A stretch of 44,497 nucleotides of DNA from a virus. Lineage: Duplodnaviria > Caudoviricetes. The notes under the pieces are model-generated. The model ran no database searches. It was not told where the DNA came from and worked only from the letters and a program-made list of their open reading frames with translations. The number at the start of each line of letters is the position of its first letter. Within the stretch, counting starts at the first letter, position 1. This document shows, in pieces, positions 1-7,991 of this stretch. The position numbers and the translations under genes were made by a program. The DNA is taken from positions 1 through 44,497 of the IMG/VR virus record IMGVR_UViG_3300022307_000004. One strand, given 5' to 3'.

Positions 1-82
<82 letters not shown>

Positions 83-161
83 GAAACACTAACAAGAAAA
101 CTAACATGAAACCCTATGGAAACAACATTTCAAAAGAACAATAGGGGTTGGGCTACACCCG

Positions 162-203
162 TTACAATGGTTACGTGGGTTACAACAATTACAACAATTA
201 CAA
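162..203 (+). repeat. 9-bp period iteron-like array (TTACAAnnn x5)
   Basis: TTACAA at 162, 180, 189 and 198, and TTACGT at 171. Inverted counterpart at 44257-44304. Confidence 0.8.
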
Positions 204-235
204 AAAACCAGGTTTAATCAAAAGTTGGGTTAATT

Positions 236-260
236 CCTATGGAAAAAATTTAACCATAGG
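236..260. repeat. 25-bp dispersed palindrome, copy 1
   Basis: CCTATGG-AAAAAATTTAA-CCATAGG. Confidence 0.95.
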
Positions 261-278
261 GCGGTACAACTTCGGGCG

Positions 279-314
279 AAAAACGGGAACGACAACCCGT
301 CGGTTGCCATTCCC
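279..314 (-). terminator. rho-independent terminator for ORF 659-321
   Basis: On - strand: GGGAATGGCAACC-GACG-GGTTGTCGTTCCC followed by GTTTTT. Confidence 0.85.
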
Positions 315-320
315 TTTTCA

Positions 321-659
321 TTAAACATTCGCGTTGTATTTTGCTAAAAGTTCCGCTTTCAAATCTTCTGGCATCCCTGCCCATGCAGCCTTGGCTTGTT
401 CCCGTGCTTCGGCTTTAGTCATGATCTTACTTCCGGCATGAATGACATGCACATTGTAGCCGGATTCAGTAAGCTCTATCAATGATTCATCAGTAAGCTT
501 ACGAAGTTGTGCTTGCAATGCAATCACCCGTTGCTGCTGTGCCCAGTTTTGAAGTTCGTCACTGGGTGTGTCAGTCCAGTCAAAAGTTACGGTAATTTTG
601 TGGCTTTCCGCGTCCTTGCTGGTTTTAACAGTGATTGTTTGTGTAGTGGTGGTTTTCAT
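321..659 (-). CDS. hypothetical phage protein (112 aa)
   Basis: GGAG SD upstream of the ATG and its own terminator directly downstream. Confidence 0.8.
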   Translation of the reverse strand: MKTTTTQTITVKTSKDAESHKITVTFDWTDTPSDELQNWAQQQRVIALQAQLRKLTDESLIELTESGYNVHVIHAGSKIMTKAEAREQAKAAWAGMPEDLKAELLAKYNANV

Positions 660-966
660 GATTTTTCTCCATGTTTGCGGCCATTAGTGGCCTTTGTTCA
701 TGTGGTAACGACATGTTACCCCATGTAGTTCGTGTGTTTCGATTGTCAAAGAACTTTTGAAGCCAAACTTGTAATGCAAATACATCATACCACATTCTGA
801 AAATGTTTGCATGGAAGGGATGATTTCCGATGGGGGAAACAAGTTCATATATTGCGCGGTGTGGTAGTGATCTATAATTTCTAAATTTTCAAATACTAAT
901 GGCTCCATTTGACATTTTTTAACATACTAAACTAATGCCTGCCTCAATTGCCTCCATAAAATGTCA

Positions 967-995
967 TTGACATTGCGCTTAAAACCAGTCATAAT
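967..995 (+). promoter_or_regulatory. sigma70-type promoter for terS/structural operon
   Basis: TTGACA-17 nt-CATAAT. Confidence 0.7.
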
Positions 996-1042
996 TTAAC
1001 TATAAAGAATTATTTTTTGCTCAACAAACAGGACACCAAACC

Positions 1043-1576
1043 ATGACTACCACACTGGCCTCAGCTTCACCAGTTAAAACTGATAAGCGTTTCTGCGCAC
1101 CCGGTGAGAAAAAGTCCTGGCAAGTTACTGACCAGTGGGAACTCCACCATGAAATCCGTCGTAGGATTTTCCTTGGACAGAAGAATGTAGTGATTGCTCA
1201 AGAACTTGGCTGCACTCCTCAAACAGTTTCTAATGTTCGGAACTCTGACATTGTTAGGCAGCAACTTGCTGAGATGAATAAAGCTGCAGATGATAATGTA
1301 GTGAATATTCATAAAGAAATAGCTGCTAAGACTCCTGAGGCTCTTAAGGTTCTTGAAGAACTTATGCAGCACTCGGAAAATGATGCTATTCGGGCCAAGT
1401 GTGCTATTGATATCCTTGATCGTGGTGGCTATGCGGCGCCCAAACAGGTACAGCTTAAGGGTGCTGTAGTTCACCTGAATGGGGACGACATTAATGATAT
1501 CAAGCAGCGGGCAAGAAATGCTTCAATAGCTTCTGGAATTGTCATTGATTGTCAGGAGAAATTAGTTAATGAGTAG
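1043..1576 (+). CDS. terminase small subunit-like protein
   Basis: N-terminal HTH (VVIAQELGCTPQTVSN), helical ...IRAKCAIDILDRGGY motif typical of TerS-like proteins, first gene of the packaging/structural arm. Confidence 0.7.
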   Translation: MTTTLASASPVKTDKRFCAPGEKKSWQVTDQWELHHEIRRRIFLGQKNVVIAQELGCTPQTVSNVRNSDIVRQQLAEMNKAADDNVVNIHKEIAAKTPEALKVLEELMQHSENDAIRAKCAIDILDRGGYAAPKQVQLKGAVVHLNGDDINDIKQRARNASIASGIVIDCQEKLVNE

Positions 1577-1931
1577 TGATCCTCCTGATCAATTTTTTCT
1601 TATGAAAATCAGAACTGACTTCGAACAGATTATTCGTTCAGAGCTTGAACCCTTTACAGCAAAAGTTGAGAAGGCTACTACTAAGCTAGCTGTGATTACC
1701 AAGGAACTCAGCTTTTATAATCAGCGTAATCAGGATATTGAAGTTTCTGTTAAGGATTTAGAAAAACGGACTAAGGTTCTTGAAAGTTTTAAGGATAATC
1801 AGGATGGTCGGGATGCGGCCAGTAAACAGATGGCCATTAGGGCTGGTCGGTGGGCTGGTTATTTAACTGGGGGGTTTGCCATCATAGTTTCTGTGTGGCA
1901 CTTAGTTATAGAATACTTACATCATGGATAG
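1569..1931 (+). CDS. coiled-coil protein with C-terminal TM helix (lysis cassette, holin/haemolysin-like)
   Basis: Heptad-like middle region, hydrophobic WAGYLTGGFAIIVSVWHLVI tail, adjacent to the endolysin candidate. Confidence 0.55.
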   Translation: MSSDPPDQFFLMKIRTDFEQIIRSELEPFTAKVEKATTKLAVITKELSFYNQRNQDIEVSVKDLEKRTKVLESFKDNQDGRDAASKQMAIRAGRWAGYLTGGFAIIVSVWHLVIEYLHHG

Positions 1932-2358
1932 TCCACGCATCTTACTTCTCCGAACAGTTTCTAGTGCTCAAGGAACGTTCGGCTTTTTCTGCCATCCTGA
2001 CCTTTTGCTTAGGACTTGTGAACTTCCTTGGCATGATAATGAACCAAACTTTTCTTGCATTCCTGAAGGGCTTTATGTAGTTAAGCCTTACCATTCACGC
2101 AAGTTTGGTGATGTTTGGCATGTCACAGGGGTTGATGGCCGCACATGGATTCTGACGCATTCAGGTAACGTTGCGGGGGATGTCAAACAAGGTTGGCACA
2201 CTCACAGTGAGGGTTGCATCTTGCTTGGTAAGTATATGGGTTTTCTCACTTATAATGGTCGCAGGCAAAGGGCAGTAATGGTTAGCAAGCCCGCCCTTCG
2301 CGCCCTTCATAATCTCGGACTTGAGCAGTACCTCTTGGAGGTCAAGAATGGATATTAG
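1924..2358 (+). CDS. DUF5675-family putative endolysin (L,D-peptidase-like)
   Basis: ELPW..N....SCIPEG.Y, ILTHSGN and HSEGCILLG motifs. Confidence 0.75.
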   Translation: MDSPRILLLRTVSSAQGTFGFFCHPDLLLRTCELPWHDNEPNFSCIPEGLYVVKPYHSRKFGDVWHVTGVDGRTWILTHSGNVAGDVKQGWHTHSEGCILLGKYMGFLTYNGRRQRAVMVSKPALRALHNLGLEQYLLEVKNGY

Positions 2359-2917
2359 CAGTATTATTGGAGCTGTTTCTAATTTTGCCAGTGGCGGCGC
2401 TATTGGTGGCATCATGGGTCTTGGAAAGTGCTGGATTCAGTATAAGCACGAACAGGTTATGGCCCAGCAAAAGCGTGAAACTCTGAAAATCCAGAATGAA
2501 CACGACCTCGCGATGGCTGACAAGGAGATGTTTCGCTCTAAGCTTGAGGCACAATATGAGGTTGAGAAACTTGATCTGAATAACCTTGGCGAGTCGGTGC
2601 GTGGGCAGGATGCTGAAATCAAGGCCATGGCTCCTGCGCTTGAGAAATCTTCACAAAGAGTGCAATCTTTTGTTGCCTTGATGTTCGGCTTTGCCACTTT
2701 CAGCGGGAAGATGATTCGGCAAGTCCTCACAGTCGCACTTGTTATTCTGACATCCGTTATCTTTTGGAAAGTTCAGGGTATTATAGGTGGTCTTAAAGTA
2801 CTTACAGTAGCCGAGCTTATTGGGATTTTCACGAGTGTCATTAATACCATTCTAAACCTGACAGGTATTTCCGTTGGCTACTGGTATACTACCAGGCCGA
2901 CTGCGACAAGGAGGTGA
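2348..2917 (+). CDS. multi-TM holin-like protein
   Basis: GGAGG SD favours the start at 2348. N-terminal Gly-rich hydrophobic segment, coiled coil, C-terminal TM helices ending GYWY..R. Confidence 0.6.
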   Translation: MDISSIIGAVSNFASGGAIGGIMGLGKCWIQYKHEQVMAQQKRETLKIQNEHDLAMADKEMFRSKLEAQYEVEKLDLNNLGESVRGQDAEIKAMAPALEKSSQRVQSFVALMFGFATFSGKMIRQVLTVALVILTSVIFWKVQGIIGGLKVLTVAELIGIFTSVINTILNLTGISVGYWYTTRPTATRR

Positions 2918-2919
2918 GT

Positions 2920-3105
2920 ATGTACGGAGTTGGGCGGTTAACCCAGGAGCAACTGCTGGAGCTGCAGCAGCAGTATAATGACAACATCCCTATTCTTGAG
3001 ACGGCTATCGCCCAGGAAGAGGATGAAAACAGCAAGCAGACGCTTACGGAAATGCGGGACAGGCTGGTCAGTAAGCTCGCCGCAGTTGAGGCAAGGATAA
3101 GCTAA
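2920..3105 (+). CDS. small coiled-coil hypothetical protein
   Basis: GAGGTG SD, TAATG coupling to the next gene. Confidence 0.65.
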   Translation: MYGVGRLTQEQLLELQQQYNDNIPILETAIAQEEDENSKQTLTEMRDRLVSKLAAVEARIS

Positions 3106-4526
3106 TGGCTGACTATTACATAGACTTCACCGCCGGTTCAACAATCACTGGCACGTGGACCTTCACGAATGGGTCTGCCGGGGTTTCCGCTAATTCCGAT
3201 GGCGCGGCCACGACTGAGTTGGCTGTGGGAAACTACGTTCGGGTGAGCAACGGATCGCAGTGGTATAAGGTCAATGGTATTACTGATGATAATAATATCG
3301 TTTTGTTTGCTCTTTTTGGCCAGGCAACAATTACTGACACGACCGATGGAAGTCTAAAAAATGCCGGGGATGGGAGTAGCGGAACTCCTTGGGCACATCC
3401 TCGACAGGCATCCACTGATAATATTAGGACGGCTGGAGATATAGTTCATTTCCAGAACGGCCAGACCCTGGTCTTACATAATGTAGATTGGGTGTTTGAC
3501 GAGAGCGGCACCGCCGTTGCTCCGATTACATATATTTCGGATGACTGGAAAGGGTTGTCAAATTCAACGCCCTATGTGTTGGATTTTGACTCAACTAGTC
3601 ACGGCATTTATTGTAATGGACGGGATTATCTAATATTTAAAAACTTCACAAACAAGAACAGTCAAGACTCATCAGGAGCCATTGTTAACACCGGTAGTGG
3701 CTCTTTGCTTTTTGAAGATTGTGATTTTACAGACTGCTACATAGGAACTTATACTTATGACGGACATACATATTTTAAAAACTGCAATTTCACAGGATTG
3801 TCCAACAAAGGAATAAGTCTCTATAACGGAGGCCGATGTATTATGGAGGGGGGCAGTATCGAGGGCTCTAGTGCCGTTTACGGTGTGTGGGCCGACCTAG
3901 GCGTCAAAATATTTTTAAGGGATGTAGAGATCGGACAGGTTTCTGCCCTTAATTTTGATTTTTATATGTCTAACAGTTCCGTTACGGCAGAACTGTTTAA
4001 TTGTAAGTGGGATTCATCAAAGATTGGATTTGAATCGGCTTATGACAATATGTCGATATCCAGCTATAATCACAATCAGGTTGAGGATGCGTATTTTTAT
4101 AAGCACTCTGAGCGAGGGGCTGTTGAAAAAGATACTGTCGAGGTCAGAGCCGGAGGTGCCTCCTCTTGTGTAAAGGCTTCTCCTGCTGGTAGTTTGTGGC
4201 CGGGGCTTGAGTATAAACTACTTGATTGGGTTGAGGAGGCTGTAGCGGCAGCTGCCCAAACTCGGACGGTCTATATCAAATCGAAAGGCCTGTCCTCAAC
4301 CTTCCCGACCGCTACCCAACTTTGGCTTCAGGCCGAGTACCTTGATGCTGCAACAGGCTCATCCAGGACAACGGTTAAGAGTACTGCTGTAATAAGTGTC
4401 GATGACACTTACACGGCCTTTGCAGTTAATTTTACTCCGGCTCAAGTCGGCAAGGTTCACTACAAGGTCTTCTGCGGCGTTTATATCTCCGGCGGCGTTT
4501 ATTACGTGGATAACCAGTTGAACTGA
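3105..4526 (+). CDS. tail spike / right-handed beta-helix (pectin lyase-like) virion protein
   Basis: GDGSSGTPW..AGDIVHF motif and beta-helix-like rungs (FEDCDFTDC, FKNCNFTG). Confidence 0.65.
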   Translation: MADYYIDFTAGSTITGTWTFTNGSAGVSANSDGAATTELAVGNYVRVSNGSQWYKVNGITDDNNIVLFALFGQATITDTTDGSLKNAGDGSSGTPWAHPRQASTDNIRTAGDIVHFQNGQTLVLHNVDWVFDESGTAVAPITYISDDWKGLSNSTPYVLDFDSTSHGIYCNGRDYLIFKNFTNKNSQDSSGAIVNTGSGSLLFEDCDFTDCYIGTYTYDGHTYFKNCNFTGLSNKGISLYNGGRCIMEGGSIEGSSAVYGVWADLGVKIFLRDVEIGQVSALNFDFYMSNSSVTAELFNCKWDSSKIGFESAYDNMSISSYNHNQVEDAYFYKHSERGAVEKDTVEVRAGGASSCVKASPAGSLWPGLEYKLLDWVEEAVAAAAQTRTVYIKSKGLSSTFPTATQLWLQAEYLDAATGSSRTTVKSTAVISVDDTYTAFAVNFTPAQVGKVHYKVFCGVYISGGVYYVDNQLN

Positions 4527-4527
4527 T

Positions 4528-5133
4528 ATGGCTATTAACGGCACCTTCTCACAAAACGGAAGTGTTTTAGTAAAAGAGGCATCTTCACTTGATGCTTCTT
4601 GGGGTGTTTATGGTAGTTTTTTAGATACCCTTATAAGCGGCGGCGGAGATATTGAGGTTGTTATTCAGGATGCTGTGCATTCTGTAAGCTTTGACAATGT
4701 AACCATTAGTCAGAATCATGAAATAGTTATCCAGGATGCTAATCATTCTGTAGGTTTTGATAACGTTTTAATCAGTCAGAACCATGTACTACTTATTCAG
4801 GATGCTCTTCATAGTCTGACTGTTGATAATGTAACCATTAGTCAAAACCATGTTGTTGCAGTAATTGATGCTCTTCACAGTTTGTTGGCAGACAATGTGA
4901 CGATTTCTCAAAACCATGTTGTTGTGGTGGATGATATAGATTTTGACCATATTCTCGACAATGTGTATGTTTTTATAGTTGCTGTTGTAGATAGTTTAAT
5001 AAGTTTTTCTTCTAAGTATCAAAAAAGATCTTTTAATGCATCTGAACAAACTACTTCTCTTGCTTCAGAAGCGCCACTTAGGAGTTTTAGTTCTCTATTT
5101 GAGAAAAGGTCTTTTACTTCTAAGCTTCAATAA
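4528..5133 (+). CDS. fibre-like virion protein with 22-aa repeats
   Basis: 4-5 copies of (V/I)QDA.HS...DNV.ISQNH. Confidence 0.7.
   Translation: MAINGTFSQNGSVLVKEASSLDASWGVYGSFLDTLISGGGDIEVVIQDAVHSVSFDNVTISQNHEIVIQDANHSVGFDNVLISQNHVLLIQDALHSLTVDNVTISQNHVVAVIDALHSLLADNVTISQNHVVVVDDIDFDHILDNVYVFIVAVVDSLISFSSKYQKRSFNASEQTTSLASEAPLRSFSSLFEKRSFTSKLQ
4651..4965 (+). repeat. 66-bp tandem coding repeat (~4.5 units)
   Basis: Recurring gatgct..cat...gacaatgtaaccattagtcagaa.catg units. Confidence 0.8.
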
Positions 5134-5147
5134 CTCGGAGGTTTTTA

Positions 5148-5522
5148 ATGGCTAAGTTAGTAAGTGACAATGTTCTAGATGCAGCACTTGACTACATAAA
5201 GAACAACTGTTCAAAAATGACAATCTGCTCTCAACAGCCAACCACTTACACTGAGGCGCTGACAACTTATGCCTTGGCAGATGTCGCCATGACCAGTACT
5301 GACTTTACTATTGCTGATGGGGACGTAAGTGGTCGTAAAATAACGGTGGCCCAAAAAGCTGGTGTCACAGTTGACACGACTGGCACGGGTGTTTATATTG
5401 CCTTACTGTATGAGAGCAACACAGAGTTGCTTCTGGTAACTACTTGTACTTCTCAAGCACTTACTCAAGGCAATACTATGACTTTTGACAGTTGGGATGA
5501 TGAGATCTCTGATCCGACATAA
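5148..5522 (+). CDS. conserved phage structural protein (tail/fibre-associated)
   Basis: GGAGG SD; DNVLDAALDY...CSQQPTTY...DGDVSGRK pattern of small Thr-rich virion proteins. Confidence 0.65.
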   Translation: MAKLVSDNVLDAALDYIKNNCSKMTICSQQPTTYTEALTTYALADVAMTSTDFTIADGDVSGRKITVAQKAGVTVDTTGTGVYIALLYESNTELLLVTTCTSQALTQGNTMTFDSWDDEISDPT

Positions 5523-5531
5523 GGAACTGAT

Positions 5532-5858
5532 ATGGCTAAGTTTCAAGGAACTTATGAAGTTGAAAAGCAGGAAGCTGAGGTTTTCTTCATTGATGTTGAC
5601 TTCGCTGAGCACATTGCCAGTGGTGAGGCCATCGTTATAGGTAATTGTTCGGCGTTGATGATTAGAAAGTCTGATGATCAGGATATGTCAACAACTATGA
5701 TTAGTTCTGGCACTCTGGCCACTATGGATACTACCAAGTTGAAGGTGCAGATAAAGGGTGGGAGTTTGGATGATAAGGAGTACATCCTCTCTATCCGTTG
5801 TGGGACTGATGTAGATAATGTTTTTGAGGAAGACATTCTCATTACCATGAGGAGTTAA
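5532..5858 (+). CDS. putative fibre-tail adaptor protein
   Basis: KQ.AE.FFI.VDF...ASGE.I N-terminal pattern, beta-rich. Confidence 0.5.
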   Translation: MAKFQGTYEVEKQEAEVFFIDVDFAEHIASGEAIVIGNCSALMIRKSDDQDMSTTMISSGTLATMDTTKLKVQIKGGSLDDKEYILSIRCGTDVDNVFEEDILITMRS

Positions 5859-5860
5859 TT

Positions 5861-5885
5861 CCTATGGAAAATTTATTTCCAAAGG
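5861..5885. repeat. 25-bp dispersed palindrome, copy 2 (contains the terL ATG)
   Basis: CCTATGG-AAAATTTATTT-CCAAAGG. Confidence 0.95.
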
Positions 5886-6790
5886 ACGAAGAAGTTAGCT
5901 TAGCCAGGTCTGATGAAGTTAAGGATGTCCTTGCTCAATGTTATCTCTCTACCGAGGTGAGTAATAAAACCTTATTCCCTGAGCGTTTTAGTCTTCCTTA
6001 CTGCGCCCTTCATCGGGAGATTTTCAAGGTTTTGGATGATGACAGTATCCAACAGGCAGTTATAACTGCTCCTCGTGGTTGGGGTAAGACAAGTAACTGC
6101 ACTATTGGTTATCCTGCTAAGAAGATTCTCTTCCGAGAGAAAAAATTTATAGTGCCTGTAAGTGCTACCGCCACTAGTGCAATCCTTCAGGGTGAGAACC
6201 TGAAGAATGAGTTAAGTACTAACTATCGTGTCAAGGAACTTTTCGGCTCACTGAAAACTGATAAGTTTGCTAAGGACATGTGGGTTACTTCAACAGGAAC
6301 TATGGTCATGCCTCGTGGGGCTGGTCAGCAGATTCGAGGACTTCTTTATGACCGTCACAGGCCTGACCTTATCGTTGTTGACGACCTGGAGACTTCTGAA
6401 GGTGTGGCTTCTGAAGAACAGCGAGCTAAACTTAAGGATTGGTTTTTTAGTGATTTATGTAACTCTGTTAATCGCGCTAGTAATGATTGGAAGATCGTTG
6501 TTATCGGAACAGTTCTTCATGAGGATGCTCTTTTAGTAAACTTATTGGAAGACCCTGAATGGTACTCAGTTGAGCTTAGTCTTTGTTCTGATGACTATAA
6601 GTCAAACTGGCCAGACTTTATGTCAGATGATGACATTATGAAGCTTAAACTTGCTCATGAGGCTCGCGGTCAGCTTGACCTTTTCTTCCGTGAATACATG
6701 GGAAAGCCCATAAGTTTTGAAGATGCAGTTTTCAGACCGGAGTATTTTAAACCTTATGAAGAGACCGAGATCAGAACTTCGAAGTCTTGA
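5864..6790 (+). CDS. terL: terminase large subunit, ATPase domain (frame 1 of split gene)
   Basis: Walker A APRGWGKTS, Walker B LIVVDDLE, coupling motif VIGT. Confidence 0.9.
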   Translation: MENLFPKDEEVSLARSDEVKDVLAQCYLSTEVSNKTLFPERFSLPYCALHREIFKVLDDDSIQQAVITAPRGWGKTSNCTIGYPAKKILFREKKFIVPVSATATSAILQGENLKNELSTNYRVKELFGSLKTDKFAKDMWVTSTGTMVMPRGAGQQIRGLLYDRHRPDLIVVDDLETSEGVASEEQRAKLKDWFFSDLCNSVNRASNDWKIVVIGTVLHEDALLVNLLEDPEWYSVELSLCSDDYKSNWPDFMSDDDIMKLKLAHEARGQLDLFFREYMGKPISFEDAVFRPEYFKPYEETEIRTSKS

Positions 6791-7403
6791 TCGACAAGCT
6801 AAGGACTTAAAGGAGGGTGGTAATAAGCTTCCTTCACTTAAGAACGTAGTAATTGTTGATCCCGCGAAGACTGTAAAACTTCATAGTGCTGACTCAGCAG
6901 TTGTTGGGGTAGGGATTAACCGTGCTAAGCCGGCCATATATGTTCGAGATATTGTTTCAGGTAAGCTTTATCCTGATGAACTTTATAATGAATCCTTTGA
7001 CATGGTTGCTAGGCTTAATGCAAATGTGCTTGGAGTTGAGGTTACCTCACTACATGAGTTCATTAGCCAGCCCATTAAGAATGAAATAAGAAAGCGAGGG
7101 CTTTTTATAAGATATGTCGAGCTTAATGCTAAGGGGAAGAAAGAAGATCGAATTGCTCAACTAGCACCTTACTACCGCCAGGGTTACATTTACCACAATC
7201 CTGCAGTTTGTACCAAGCTTGAAACTCAGCTCCTTAGCTTCCCTCGGAGCAAACTTTGGGATGTTATGGATGCTTTAGCTTATATAATTGAGCTAATGGA
7301 ACTTGAGTCTGATTTCTTTGATCCGCCTAATATGGATGATGATGAAGATTGTTATGATGAGCTTCAAAATGATCGAGCACTTTCACTAAGGAGTCTTGTA
7401 TAA
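6761..7403 (+). CDS. terL: terminase large subunit, RNase H-like nuclease domain (+1 frame; start approximate)
   Basis: IVDPA...DSA, GVE, K.DRI..L.P and DVMDALAY motifs. Overlaps the end of the ATPase ORF and has no convincing start of its own. Confidence 0.85.
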
Positions 7404-7954
7404 TGGCTGTTAGGAAAATGTTCTTAGGCTCACTTGGACCTTTTTATTATGATGATACTGACCTTCCGAATGATCCTGATGGAGATTTTGGTGGGCAGAC
7501 TCAGAGTGCGGTGCTCTCTAATGGCCAAATAGTCATACAACAAGCCCCAGTTCAGTCTGAAGAAGTTGCTCGAAAGCAGGAGATTGATATAGTAACCTTA
7601 CCTGCAATAGCAGTTACTGATCTTGATGATCCCTCTGCTGAGTTGGCCAGTATTTCAGGGCTTCAAATAGGAGTTTTGCTCGTAGCTTATGAATCAATTG
7701 CTAATGCTGCAGACCCATTCACACTTTATTGTTGGGATGCTAATATTGATTCCGCTAATACTCCGTACATAGTAACAGGAGCTGATAGTGGCTTTTGGGT
7801 TGCTGTGGCAGGCAAGTATAATAACTTATTCAAGACTGTGACGCAAACTGTCATAACAGCAATTCAAGATAATGCTGGAACGATTGAGTATAAAACTCGT
7901 GACTTGACTTTTCAAGGAACCCTTGGAACTGAGTCGGATTGGATTTCTACATAA
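7403..7954 (+). CDS. hypothetical (probable virion) protein
   Basis: AAGGAG SD, TAATG coupling, acidic beta-rich composition. Confidence 0.7.
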   Translation: MAVRKMFLGSLGPFYYDDTDLPNDPDGDFGGQTQSAVLSNGQIVIQQAPVQSEEVARKQEIDIVTLPAIAVTDLDDPSAELASISGLQIGVLLVAYESIANAADPFTLYCWDANIDSANTPYIVTGADSGFWVAVAGKYNNLFKTVTQTVITAIQDNAGTIEYKTRDLTFQGTLGTESDWIST

Positions 7955-7959
7955 TTAAT

Positions 7960-7984
7960 CCTATGGAAATATTTTAACCAAAGG
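7960..7984. repeat. 25-bp dispersed palindrome, copy 3 (overlaps portal SD)
   Basis: CCTATGG-AAATATTTTAA-CCAAAGG. Confidence 0.95.
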
Positions 7985-7991
7985 AAATCAA

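Noticed and set aside
684-908. 74-aa - strand ORF
   Set aside because: No SD or recognisable features; lies in the divergent promoter region. Not supported.
908-975. TGACATTTT/AAAATGTCA inverted motif as an operator near the terS promoter
   Set aside because: Short, AT-rich and overlapping -35-like hexamers; cannot be distinguished from chance.
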